Shown: positions 17,996 through 26,958 of the stretch, piece after piece
Layout of the letters: each line of letters opens with the position of its first letter
Numbering within the stretch: the stretch's first letter is position 1
From: Planctomycetota bacterium
Lineage (GTDB): Bacteria > Planctomycetota > UBA11346
Direction of reading: 5' to 3'
Assembly: GCA_003136555.1 (NCBI GenBank)
Contig: PLEW01000175.1
Coordinates: 2,353-66,352 of the forward strand
Length of the DNA stretch: 64,000 nucleotides
Program-made: the position numbers and the translations under genes
Notes under the pieces: generated by a model
Seen by the model: the letters and a program-made list of their open reading frames with translations, nothing else
Told to the model about the DNA's origin: nothing
Database searches by the model: none

Positions 17996-18001
17996 TATAA
18001 T
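17996..18001 (+). promoter_or_regulatory. Candidate sigma70 -10 element upstream of the AAA+ gene
   Basis: Perfect TATAAT in a GC-rich background, about 60 nt before ATG 18060, which has an AGAGGA ribosome-binding site. No clear -35. Confidence 0.45.
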
Positions 18002-18059
18002 CCGTGACATGATGCCAGAGGATCGAAGACCGCGGTAACCCGACCCACAGAGGAATCAT

Positions 18060-19208
18060 ATGGTCCATGCCGAATCAGCCGTGCAGCGGGAAGCGCTGGT
18101 CCTCGACCCCCTCAAGCGCTCGCCGCAGGTGACCCGCTTCGAGACCATGCTGCGCGAGCGCGTGGTCGGGCAGATGAGCGCGATCGACGCCATCCTCGAT
18201 TCCTTCTCGAAGATCCTCGCCGGCATACGCAATCCCGAGCGGCCCATCCTCACCCTGCTGTTCCTCGGCCCGACCGGGGTGGGCAAGACCGAGACGGTCA
18301 AGGCGCTCGCCGAGACCATCTTCGGCAAGCGCACCGCCTTCACCCGCGTCAACTGCCAGGAATTCTCAAGCGAATTCACGGTCTCGAAGCTGTTCGGCTC
18401 CCCGCCGGGGTACGTCGGCAACGACGTCGAGCCGATGCTGTCGCAGGACAATCTCGACAAGCACCACAAGGAGGCGCAGACCGAAGGCCGCGGCGTGTTC
18501 GCCGAGGGCGAAGGCAAGATCGCCAAGCTCTTCCCGCAGGTGAAGTCGCACTACATGTCGATCGTGCTCTTCGACGAGGTCGAGAAGGCCCACCCGAAGG
18601 TGTGGAACGCCCTGCTCGGGCTGATGGAGGACGGGCACCTGACCCTCGGCAACAACAAGACCGTGGATTTCACCCGCTCGATCATCGTCATCACCACCAA
18701 TGTCGGCGCCGAGGAGATGAGCGAGACCCTCCGCCACCGGTCGATCGGCTTCGAGGTCAAGACCGAGGCCGAGGCGATCAACCAGGACATCAAGGCCAAG
18801 GCGGTCGAGGCGGCCAAGGAGGTCTTCCCCTACGAGTTCCTCAACCGCTTCGACGACATCATCTGCTTCCGCGTGCTCACCAATCCCGATCTGCGCAAGA
18901 TCCTCAACCTCATGCTGCAGGACGTCTACAAGCGCCTGCTCGGCGCGAATGTGCCGATCATCCTGCACTACTCGTCCGCCTACCTCGACAAGCTCCAGGC
19001 GGAGGGCACCGATCCGCAGTTCGGCGCACGGCCGATGCGCCGGGCGGTCGAGCGCATGCTGGTCGCGCCCCTGTCGCGCCTGATCGCCTCCAATCAGGTC
19101 AAGGCCGGCGACATCGTCAATGTCAGGCTGCGTGCCGGCGTGCCGGCGTTCATCCGCGAGGGGGCGGATCCGAAGAAGGTGGCGGCGGAGACGAAGGTGC
19201 TGCGCTGA
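18060..19208 (+). CDS. Stand-alone Clp/Hsp100 AAA+ ATPase made of the D2 module only
   Basis: Walker A GPTGVGKT, pore loop GSPPGYVG, Walker B LFDEVEKAH, TTN, IGF, EFLNRFD and FGARPMRR. No N-domain or D1. Confidence 0.9.
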   Translation: MVHAESAVQREALVLDPLKRSPQVTRFETMLRERVVGQMSAIDAILDSFSKILAGIRNPERPILTLLFLGPTGVGKTETVKALAETIFGKRTAFTRVNCQEFSSEFTVSKLFGSPPGYVGNDVEPMLSQDNLDKHHKEAQTEGRGVFAEGEGKIAKLFPQVKSHYMSIVLFDEVEKAHPKVWNALLGLMEDGHLTLGNNKTVDFTRSIIVITTNVGAEEMSETLRHRSIGFEVKTEAEAINQDIKAKAVEAAKEVFPYEFLNRFDDIICFRVLTNPDLRKILNLMLQDVYKRLLGANVPIILHYSSAYLDKLQAEGTDPQFGARPMRRAVERMLVAPLSRLIASNQVKAGDIVNVRLRAGVPAFIREGADPKKVAAETKVLR

Positions 19209-20478
19209 GATCACCCTGCGCCCTCTCCGCCTGGACGGTGGCGGGATCTGGCCTGACTGCGCGGCGCAGGCCGGTGTCGCTCCCGTGAGCCTTGCGGTTC
19301 TTGCGCGCGGTGGTGCGCAGAAAGCTGTCGGCGAGTTCGTCATCGACCAGCTCGACGCGATTGCGCCCCTGCTCCTTGGCGCGGTAGAGCGCGGCATCGG
19401 CGCGGCCGATCAGCACCTCGGCGGTCTCATCCTGGTGGCAGGCGGCCAGACCGATGGAGACCGTCACCTGCCTGGGCACGGTGGTGAGCGCTGCGACGCT
19501 GGCACGTAGGCGCTCGGAGACATGCGCCGCGCCCTTGGGGGGGGTGTCCGGCAGGATGACCAGGAATTCCTCCCCGCCGTAGCGGCAGACCAGGTCGCCG
19601 GCGCGCAGATGGCCCATCAGCGCGCAACCGACCGCGGAGAGGACCGCATCGCCGCCGGCGTGGCCGAATTCGTCGTTGACGCGCTTGAAGTAGTCGATGT
19701 CGACCATCGCCACCGCCACCACCTCCCCGGCGTCGACCAGCTCGCGCAGGCGCGCTTCGCCGTACCAGCGGCGGTTGGTCCCGGTCAGCGGATCGATGCG
19801 CGCGAGCGACTGCAGCCCGCCGTAGAGGGTGACCCGGCGCAGGCTGAGCGAGAGCTGGGTGCGCAGGACCTCGGCGACGTAGCGCTGGTCGGCGATGGTG
19901 CGTCCCAGCAGGCTGGGCTGCACCGTGGTCTGGCGCAGCACCAGCGCGGCTTGGCCATCGACCCCGGGACTCAGATCGAGCACCAGGTCGCCGCCATCCT
20001 CCTCCGGCAGCGCCACCGGTCGGCCGAGCACCGGCGCCGGACCGGAGGCCTCGCCGCCGAGGCTGCGCCAGCTGCCGCGCTCCCACACCAGGAGGTCGGC
20101 CTGGGAGCACGACCAGTAGCGCCGCATCGCCGAGGTGAAGCGCACCCGGGCGTCGCCCTCCTCGACGCAGCCCACCAGCTCGGCGCTGACCTCGAAGACG
20201 CCGCGCTGCAGGTCCTGGGCATCCTCGAGCACGCGCAGTTCGTCGGCGATGGTGTGGCGCTTGAGCTCGAGCAGGCGCGGATCGGTGGCCAGGGCGATGG
20301 TCCTGGTGCCGGCCCTGGGCCCGCCGCGCTCCCGGCGGCGCGAGCTGATCGAGGCGAGCGTGCCGCCGAACAGCGCCAGCACCGCCAGCGCGCCGTACAG
20401 CCACGCACCCTGGAGCACCGCCGTGCCGGCCACCGCCGCGGTCAGGGTGATGGGCAGCGAGAGGGCGGAGATCCTCAT
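19150..20478 (-). CDS. Membrane-anchored diguanylate cyclase (GGEEF) with RxxD I-site
   Basis: Two N-terminal TM segments; DPLTG, DIDYFKRVND and RAGDLVCRYGGEEF motifs. Confidence 0.9.
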   Translation of the reverse strand: MRISALSLPITLTAAVAGTAVLQGAWLYGALAVLALFGGTLASISSRRRERGGPRAGTRTIALATDPRLLELKRHTIADELRVLEDAQDLQRGVFEVSAELVGCVEEGDARVRFTSAMRRYWSCSQADLLVWERGSWRSLGGEASGPAPVLGRPVALPEEDGGDLVLDLSPGVDGQAALVLRQTTVQPSLLGRTIADQRYVAEVLRTQLSLSLRRVTLYGGLQSLARIDPLTGTNRRWYGEARLRELVDAGEVVAVAMVDIDYFKRVNDEFGHAGGDAVLSAVGCALMGHLRAGDLVCRYGGEEFLVILPDTPPKGAAHVSERLRASVAALTTVPRQVTVSIGLAACHQDETAEVLIGRADAALYRAKEQGRNRVELVDDELADSFLRTTARKNRKAHGSDTGLRRAVRPDPATVQAERAQGDLSAAPSSPPPPSSDPPPRG

Positions 20479-21791
20479 GAGGCGATCTCGACGCGGTTGC
20501 GGCCGAGGGCCTTGGCCTGGTAGCAGGCGGCGTCGGCACGCTCGAGGGCGGCACGGGCGCTCTCCTGGTTGACGCGCGCCACCGCGATGCCGAAGGACGC
20601 GGTCACATGCAGCTCCGGCTGATCGGCCACCGGCGTGCTCGAGGCGATCGCCTGGCGCAACTGCTCGGCCAGGGCGCTGAGCGCCTGGAGATCGTAGCCG
20701 ATGACCAGGCCGGCGAACTCCTCGCCGCCATAGCGGCAGGCGATCGAATTGGGCGGCAGCGTGCTGGTCAGCGCGCGCGCGACCACGCGCAGGGCGGCGT
20801 CGCCGACGAGGTGGCCGTGCTGGTCATTGAAGCGCTTGAGATGGTCCATGTCGCACATGATCAGCCCCAGGCTGATGCCCTGGCGGCGGCAGGCGGCGCT
20901 CTGCTCCTCGAGGCGGCGCAGGAACTCGTGCTGGCCGAAGAGGCCGGTGAGATCGTCGCGCAGCGCCAGCCCGCGCGCCTGGTTGACCAGGTCGACCGCC
21001 GCCAGCCCGAGGCCGCCGAGGCGTCCGAGCGCGCCCAGGAGCTCGAGCGCCAGCCGGTCGCCGACATCGCTGGTGAGCAGGTTGACCACCAGCACGCCGC
21101 GCAGGGAGTCGCCGGCATCGCGGCCCTGGCGCCGATCGGCACGCAGCGGGATGAGCATGCGCAGGCTGCCGCTCCCGCGGCGGATGAGCGAACGCGCTTC
21201 GGCGGCGACATAATGCTCATCGGCGCCCGCTTCGCGGGCGCAGGGATGGCCGTCGGCATCGCACGACGCCCTGCAGCGCTGCTCCTCCGCCGTGCCCAGG
21301 AAGACCTGCACCTCGCGCACCTCCGGCAGCATCTCGCGGGCACGTTGGCACAGCACGCGGGCGAATTGATCGAGCTCGCGCGCCGCCGACATCTCGAGGC
21401 AGGCGTCGAGCAAGGCGGGATAGCGCTGAATGTGGCGGTGGAGCAGGGTGCGTTCGTGCTCGGCGTCGCGCAGCTCGGCGCGCAGCATGCGCAGGCTCTC
21501 GCCATCCGGCATCAGCAGCAGGCGGATGACCAGGGTGGCGGCGAAGCCGCACACCCCCCAGGCGACCAGCGCCTCCCAGCCGCCCCAGGGCGAGAGCGCG
21601 AGGATCGGAGCCGAGAGCGCCAGCGCCGGCAGACCGAGGCTCTGGATGCCGGCGCAGGCCCAGACGGCGCACAGCGCCCCCGCCAGCGGAGCGGGCAGCC
21701 CGGGCTGGATCAGTCCGAGGGCGGCGCTGGCGGAGCAGGCGATCGAGAGCGCCAATACCTGCACTGCGGAACTGCGGACCGGATCGGTCAT
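20475..21791 (-). CDS. Membrane-anchored diguanylate cyclase (GGEEF) without I-site
   Basis: Hydrophobic N-terminus, GAF-like middle region; DDLTG, DMDHLKRFND and PPNSIACRYGGEEF motifs. Start ATG 21791; its stop overlaps the next start (ATGA). Confidence 0.9.
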   Translation of the reverse strand: MTDPVRSSAVQVLALSIACSASAALGLIQPGLPAPLAGALCAVWACAGIQSLGLPALALSAPILALSPWGGWEALVAWGVCGFAATLVIRLLLMPDGESLRMLRAELRDAEHERTLLHRHIQRYPALLDACLEMSAARELDQFARVLCQRAREMLPEVREVQVFLGTAEEQRCRASCDADGHPCAREAGADEHYVAAEARSLIRRGSGSLRMLIPLRADRRQGRDAGDSLRGVLVVNLLTSDVGDRLALELLGALGRLGGLGLAAVDLVNQARGLALRDDLTGLFGQHEFLRRLEEQSAACRRQGISLGLIMCDMDHLKRFNDQHGHLVGDAALRVVARALTSTLPPNSIACRYGGEEFAGLVIGYDLQALSALAEQLRQAIASSTPVADQPELHVTASFGIAVARVNQESARAALERADAACYQAKALGRNRVEIAS

Positions 21792-21944
21792 GGCAGCCCA
21801 TCGTGCGCACTCTCCCCTGAGCGGGCAAGTGGAGAGCGTGCCTCCGGGCCGGCACCGGCGATTGCCGCGGGGACGCACCGGCGTACCCTGCCTGGCACGC
21901 TCGGCGTTGGCGGATGCCAACCTCGGCTATCGGAGGCGCCTGCC

Positions 21945-22559
21945 ATGTCCCCTGCCGCCACCCCTGCTGCCAGCAGCAGCCGCACCGCCAAGGTGGTGCG
22001 CACCACCAAGGAGACCGACATCACCGCGACCTGGTCGCTCGACAGCAGCGGGCCGTCGACCATCAGCACCGGTATCGGCTTCCTCGACCACATGCTCGAG
22101 GCGCTGGGCAAGCACAGCGGCACCACCCTGCAGGTCGCCTGCCGTGGCGATCTGCACATCGACGGCCACCACACCACCGAGGATGTCGGCATCGTGCTCG
22201 GCCAGTGCTTGCGCGAGGCCCTGGGCGAGCGTCTGGGCATCGAACGCTTCGGCCACATGACCTGTCCGCTCGACGAGGCCCTGGTCGCCGCCACCATCGA
22301 CATCTCCGGCCGGCCCTATCTGGCCTACGATCTCAAGCCCGAGGCGGCGCTTCTGGGCAGCTGGGCGACCGAGCTGATCCCGGAGTTCTTCGGCGGTTTC
22401 ACCGACAACGCGCGCGTCTGCCTGCACCTGCACCAGCTGCATGGCCGCAACAGCCATCACATCGTCGAGGCCGCCTTCAAGGCGTGCGCCCGCGCCCTCA
22501 GGCAGGCGATCCGCATCACCGGCGACGGGGTGCCGAGCACCAAGGGCATGCTCGCCTGA
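21945..22559 (+). CDS. hisB: Imidazoleglycerol-phosphate dehydratase
   Basis: RTTKETDI, TGIGFLDHML, IDGHHTTEDVG, PLDEAL and GRNSHHIVEAAFK motifs. Confidence 0.97.
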   Translation: MSPAATPAASSSRTAKVVRTTKETDITATWSLDSSGPSTISTGIGFLDHMLEALGKHSGTTLQVACRGDLHIDGHHTTEDVGIVLGQCLREALGERLGIERFGHMTCPLDEALVAATIDISGRPYLAYDLKPEAALLGSWATELIPEFFGGFTDNARVCLHLHQLHGRNSHHIVEAAFKACARALRQAIRITGDGVPSTKGMLA

Positions 22560-22568
22560 GGCTCAGGC

Positions 22569-23030
22569 CTAGCGCTGTGCCAGCGCCGACGCGACCGTCG
22601 GGCTGACCAGGCCGGTGAGCGGCAATCCGGCATCGAGCACCTGCCGGATCAGGCGCGAGCTGATATGGATATGGGAGCTGGCGCTGGGCAGCAGCAGGGT
22701 GTCCAGGCCGTGGCTGCGATTGACCTCGGCCATCGCCTGCTCGGTCTGCCAATCACCGGCGTTGCGCACGCCGCGCACCAGCACCGTGCAGCCCTGCGCG
22801 CGGGCGAAGGACACCGTGGCACCGGCATAGCTGACGATGCTCACCCCCGGCAAGGCGGCGCAGTCGCGGCTCAGCAGAGCCACCCGCTGCTGCAGCGCCA
22901 GGAAGGCGTGCTTGTCGGGATTCTCGGCGATGCCCACCAGCAGCTCGCCGACCAGCGGCGCCGCGCGGCGGATGAGGTCCAGATGGCCGAGATGCGGCGG
23001 GTCGAAGCTGCCGGGGTAGAGCGCTTTCAT
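22569..23030 (-). CDS. coaD: Phosphopantetheine adenylyltransferase
   Basis: YPGSFDPPHLGHLD, VRGVR and ISSRLIR motifs. Confidence 0.95.
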   Translation of the reverse strand: MKALYPGSFDPPHLGHLDLIRRAAPLVGELLVGIAENPDKHAFLALQQRVALLSRDCAALPGVSIVSYAGATVSFARAQGCTVLVRGVRNAGDWQTEQAMAEVNRSHGLDTLLLPSASSHIHISSRLIRQVLDAGLPLTGLVSPTVASALAQR

Positions 23031-23199
23031 CTCTTATTCCTGGGAGCCGACCGCTGATCTGGCCAGACCATCTTCCGCTCGTGCCCGGGCGCCCGGATTC
23101 ACGCGTCGACGAGCTGGTTGGACCGGCAGACAACCTGCCGAAACCGGCGCCGTGGGGAATGGACGTGTCATGGGCCACGGGCCGGCCGGCGGCCTGGCG

Positions 23200-23970
23200 T
23201 CACCGCGCGCTCTCCTCGATGCGTGCGATCAGGTCCGCCGCGAGCGTCTCCTCGCCGCCACCGTCGAGGTGGATGATGCGGACCGATTGCAGGACGCCAT
23301 CGGAATCGGTGCGCTTGAAGATCACATAGCACACCAGGCTGCCGCCATTCTTGAAGATGATGCGGCTGGGCTTGCCGAGATCGTTGGGTGGCGGTTCGGG
23401 GGTGCTGGTCTTGCTCTCGGTGGTGGTGCCGGCATCCGCGGTTGACGGCTTGCCGTTGTCCGCGGTCTTGCCGCTGTCGGTGGTGCCGCCGGCCCCGCCG
23501 GCCTTGTCCTTGGCATCCTTCTTCTTCTTGTCCTCGAGATCCTTCAGCTGCTTGGCCTGGTCGGCGAGCTGCTTGGTCTGCTCCTTGTCCTTGGTGCGCG
23601 CCGCCAGCCAGGCATTCCAGTCCGCGGGCTCGTCGGAATTCGGGTAGCCCGGATAGCCATTGCCCTTGTTGTAGATGGTCGGCTGCAAGCCGGAGCGCGC
23701 ACGCAGGGCGAGCACCGCGTCATCGTGGGTCTGGCGGTCCCCGACCGCCTGGACGAGCAGTCTGTAGACGATGTCGTCCATCTCCTTGGGCAATGCGGCG
23801 ACGGCACGCAGCGATTCGCGCTTGGGCGTCGCATCGCCCCCGGCGAATGCCTGGGTGAAGGCCGTGACCGCTTCATTCTCGGTCGCCTGGGCGCAGCCCA
23901 GCGCGAGGCCGGCCAGCAGCAGCCAGGCGAGGTGGATATTCCGTCGGGACGTGGTCGCGCTCATGGCCAT
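23200..23970 (-). CDS. Hypothetical exported/lipoprotein with HEAT-like helical region and low-complexity linker
   Basis: Signal-like LLLAGLALGC; GC3-rich coding pattern; K/D/T-rich linker; C-terminal RIIFKNG beta-domain. Confidence 0.7.
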   Translation of the reverse strand: MAMSATTSRRNIHLAWLLLAGLALGCAQATENEAVTAFTQAFAGGDATPKRESLRAVAALPKEMDDIVYRLLVQAVGDRQTHDDAVLALRARSGLQPTIYNKGNGYPGYPNSDEPADWNAWLAARTKDKEQTKQLADQAKQLKDLEDKKKKDAKDKAGGAGGTTDSGKTADNGKPSTADAGTTTESKTSTPEPPPNDLGKPSRIIFKNGGSLVCYVIFKRTDSDGVLQSVRIIHLDGGGEETLAADLIARIEESAR

Positions 23971-23982
23971 CTCCTCACCCCG

Positions 23983-24546
23983 CTAGGCGGGCACAGTCCA
24001 TAGCATGTCTCTGGCGACCTGGCTGGCAATGTCGGAGCTGGCGAGCAGGGCGGCCAGGCGCATGGCGAAGGCCAAGGCGGTGCCGGGTCCCTGGCTGGTC
24101 ACCAGGGTGCCATCGACGACCACCGGCTGGTCGAGCCAAGCGAGCGCATGCGGCTCGACCTGGGCTCGCACGCCGGGGAAGGAGGTCAGCCGGCGACCTG
24201 CGCATAATTTCTTTGGCACCAAGGCGATAGGAGACGCACAGATCACACCGAGAAGGCTGCCGCGGTGCAGCTGGCGTTCCGCCAGGGCTTGGATTCGCTG
24301 GTCATCCCGGCAGGTTGCCGCCGAGCCCATGCCGCCCGGCAGGTAGACCAGCTCCCAGGATTGGTCGATGCAGCCATCGAGCAGGGCATGGGCACCCAGC
24401 GGGATGCCACGGCTGCCGGTCACCAGGGTGGTGCCGGTGGTGCTGGCGATGACGACCTGGACGCCGGCGCGCACGAGCACGTCGGCGACGGTCACGGTTT
24501 CGATCTCCTCGGCGCCGGGGGCGAGGACCACGAGGGCACGGGCCAT
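23983..24546 (-). CDS. DJ-1/PfpI (ThiJ/YajL) family protein
   Basis: GAEEIETVT, LPGGMG, ICASP and TSQGPGTA motifs. Confidence 0.92.
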   Translation of the reverse strand: MARALVVLAPGAEEIETVTVADVLVRAGVQVVIASTTGTTLVTGSRGIPLGAHALLDGCIDQSWELVYLPGGMGSAATCRDDQRIQALAERQLHRGSLLGVICASPIALVPKKLCAGRRLTSFPGVRAQVEPHALAWLDQPVVVDGTLVTSQGPGTALAFAMRLAALLASSDIASQVARDMLWTVPA

Positions 24547-24625
24547 GGGAACGTCCTGACTGCCGGGTCCAGCGTTGCGCGCAGGCCGGTACGGCAATGA
24601 TCGATGATCGCAGCGGGGTGCAAGG

Positions 24626-25336
24626 ATGGTCATGGCACAGATGCACGGTCGTGGCCGCCTGGCGGCGCTGGTGGGCCTCCTGGGCCTCCTGGGGCTTTGC
24701 GGCCTCAGCCGGGCCGTGGGGCTCGAGGCGCCGGACGACGGTGCGTCGCTGATCAAGCGCATCGCCGCCGCCCACCGCGCCATCATCAGCGTCCAGGGCC
24801 GGGCCACCTGGCGCACCCGCCACCGCGACGAGCCGGCTGGCGACGAACGCGTGCAGCTGGTGCGGTTCTTCTTCGTCCTGCCCGACCAGTACCATCTGGC
24901 GATCACCAAGCCCGGCGATGAGGATTCTTTGGACATCGTGCGCAGCGACGGGATCAGGCGCGAGGAGCTGAAGTACCAGTTCCGCGACACCGCACCCGAC
25001 AGCACGGTCACGCCGGTCGGCACCGATGATGCGGAGTTCACCCGCCTGCTCGCCTGCTTCCGCTTCGATGTGCCGCTGCTCAGCAAGGACTTCTCGGTCC
25101 AGGCCGAGGCGGTCGCAGACGGTGCGCGCGTATCCCTGCGGCCTCTGCATGCACAGCTGAGCGACCAGATGACCAGCATCACCATCGATCTCGATGCCGC
25201 CCTGGCGATCACCCGGGTGGTGTGGGACGACCCCCAGGGCAACCGCTACGCGGTGACCATCGACCAGGCGGTCTACAACCAGCCGATCGATCCGGCGAAG
25301 TTCCATATCCCGCCGCCGGCGCCTCCGCCCCGCTGA
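24626..25336 (+). CDS. LolA-like outer-membrane lipoprotein carrier protein
   Basis: Signal peptide, beta-rich body, FxxPDQY, DDPQGN and IDPAKF C-terminal pattern. Confidence 0.65.
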   Translation: MVMAQMHGRGRLAALVGLLGLLGLCGLSRAVGLEAPDDGASLIKRIAAAHRAIISVQGRATWRTRHRDEPAGDERVQLVRFFFVLPDQYHLAITKPGDEDSLDIVRSDGIRREELKYQFRDTAPDSTVTPVGTDDAEFTRLLACFRFDVPLLSKDFSVQAEAVADGARVSLRPLHAQLSDQMTSITIDLDAALAITRVVWDDPQGNRYAVTIDQAVYNQPIDPAKFHIPPPAPPPR

Positions 25337-25395
25337 TCAGGCTTGAGCGGTTGCCCCCTGCTGGCACGCCCATTTCGGGGGTATGCTGGAGGAGC

Positions 25396-25653
25396 ATGGA
25401 CGGGTCACTGAACGCCTTCGAGCGCTGCTACTGCACCGGGGTCACGCGCGCCGAGGTGCTGCGTGCGTGCGTGCTGCAGGGCTGCCGGACGGTGGAGGAG
25501 CTCCAGGACGTCACCGGCGCGTGCACCGGCTGCCGCACCTGCAGGCCCGAGCTGGAGCAGCTCCTGCGCGCGCGCACGGCATGCGCCGCCGGCCGGGCAA
25601 TGCGGCCGGACGCGCCTGCGGCCCCACCGGACACGCGGGAGGGGCACCGATAG
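25396..25653 (+). CDS. BFD-like [2Fe-2S] small protein
   Basis: CYC...ACTGCRTC motif (CxC...CxxC) in an 85-aa ORF. Confidence 0.8.
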   Translation: MDGSLNAFERCYCTGVTRAEVLRACVLQGCRTVEELQDVTGACTGCRTCRPELEQLLRARTACAAGRAMRPDAPAAPPDTREGHR

Positions 25654-25706
25654 GCTGGTCTTGGCAGTCAGGGCCATCGCTCTAGCGTACCGCTGCGGAG
25701 GCGTCC

Positions 25707-26759
25707 ATGCCCATCACCGTCGACGACGCGGTTGCCCTGGTCCGCAACGAGGCGGGCATGACCGAGGCTTCCGTCATCCACCTGATGGATGGCCTGGTCG
25801 GCGGGGCGTTCACCTCCGAGCAGGCGGCCGATCTCCTGGTGTGCTGGAGCGAACGCGGCGAGACGGCGATCGAGCTGGCCAGCGTGGTACGCTGGTTGCT
25901 GAGCAAGGCCGTGGATCTGGGAGCGTTCCGCGGGAGCATGGACCTGTGCGGCACCGGCGGCAGCGGCCTGACCCGCTTCAACGTCTCGACCACCGCCACC
26001 TTCGTGCTCGCGGCCGCCGGCATCCCGGTGGTCAAGCACGGCAACAAGGGCAGTGGCAGGCCCAACGGCAGCTTCGACCTGCTCGAGGCCCTCAAGGTGC
26101 CCTATCTCCTGCCGGCCGCGGCGGTGCATCGGCTGCTGGAGCGCACCGGGGTGTGCTTCCTGTTCGCGCGCCAGATGCACCCGCTGGTCAAGACCCTGGC
26201 CCCGGCGCGCCAGCTCGCCCGCGCACGGGTGGTGCGCACCATCTTCAATCTCGCCGGACCGCTCGCCAATCCCGCCCGGCCGCTCAAGCAGGTGATCGGC
26301 GTCACCGATGGGCGCACCGCGCATGTGATGGCGGAGGCGCTGCACCTGCTCAACGGTCCACGGCCGGGCGCGCGCGCGCTGGTGGTCAGCGGCCATCCGG
26401 GCATCGATGAGGTCTCGATCACCGGGCCCACCAACGTGTGGGATGTGCGCGACGGCAAGGTCCACCATGCGATCATGGAACGCCTCCATCAGCCGGGGTT
26501 GAGCCATGAGAACCTGCCAGGGGGCGATGCACCGGAGAACGCCCGCCATTTCGAGCGCCTGCTCACCGGTGCCGAGCAGGGGCCGCTGCTGGACATGGTG
26601 TGCATCAATGCCGGTACGGCGCTCGATTGCTGGCATGGCCAGGCGATCCGCGGCGATGGACCCGGCTTCGCCCAGGCGCGGGCGCTGATCTCAGACGGCT
26701 CGGCCTGGGCAGCCTTCACCAGGCACCGCGAACTCGCCACCGAGCTGCACCGGGGGTGA
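25707..26759 (+). CDS. trpD: Anthranilate phosphoribosyltransferase
   Basis: DLCGTGG, FNVST, KHGN, RTIFNLAGPLANP and GIDEVS motifs. Confidence 0.9.
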   Translation: MPITVDDAVALVRNEAGMTEASVIHLMDGLVGGAFTSEQAADLLVCWSERGETAIELASVVRWLLSKAVDLGAFRGSMDLCGTGGSGLTRFNVSTTATFVLAAAGIPVVKHGNKGSGRPNGSFDLLEALKVPYLLPAAAVHRLLERTGVCFLFARQMHPLVKTLAPARQLARARVVRTIFNLAGPLANPARPLKQVIGVTDGRTAHVMAEALHLLNGPRPGARALVVSGHPGIDEVSITGPTNVWDVRDGKVHHAIMERLHQPGLSHENLPGGDAPENARHFERLLTGAEQGPLLDMVCINAGTALDCWHGQAIRGDGPGFAQARALISDGSAWAAFTRHRELATELHRG

Positions 26760-26958
26760 CCTGCCGGCGGCCCCCCGGGGGCATCCGCAACCGCCTGTGC
26801 TGAGAGCGTGTTATGCGGCCTTCCGGCGGCAGGGCCTCCCATCGGTGGCAAAAGGGTCGAAATGATCGCAGAATGCAGGACATAGGCTTGCAGATCTGCA
26901 TGCCGCGTGATCCTCAGGGGGCGACATCCGCCGTCCGGGACGCGCCTGGGGGAAGCTT

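Noticed and set aside
20607-21944. Long N-terminal fusion to HisB (650-aa ORF)
   Set aside because: Antisense to a GGDEF gene; HisB homology begins at 21945.
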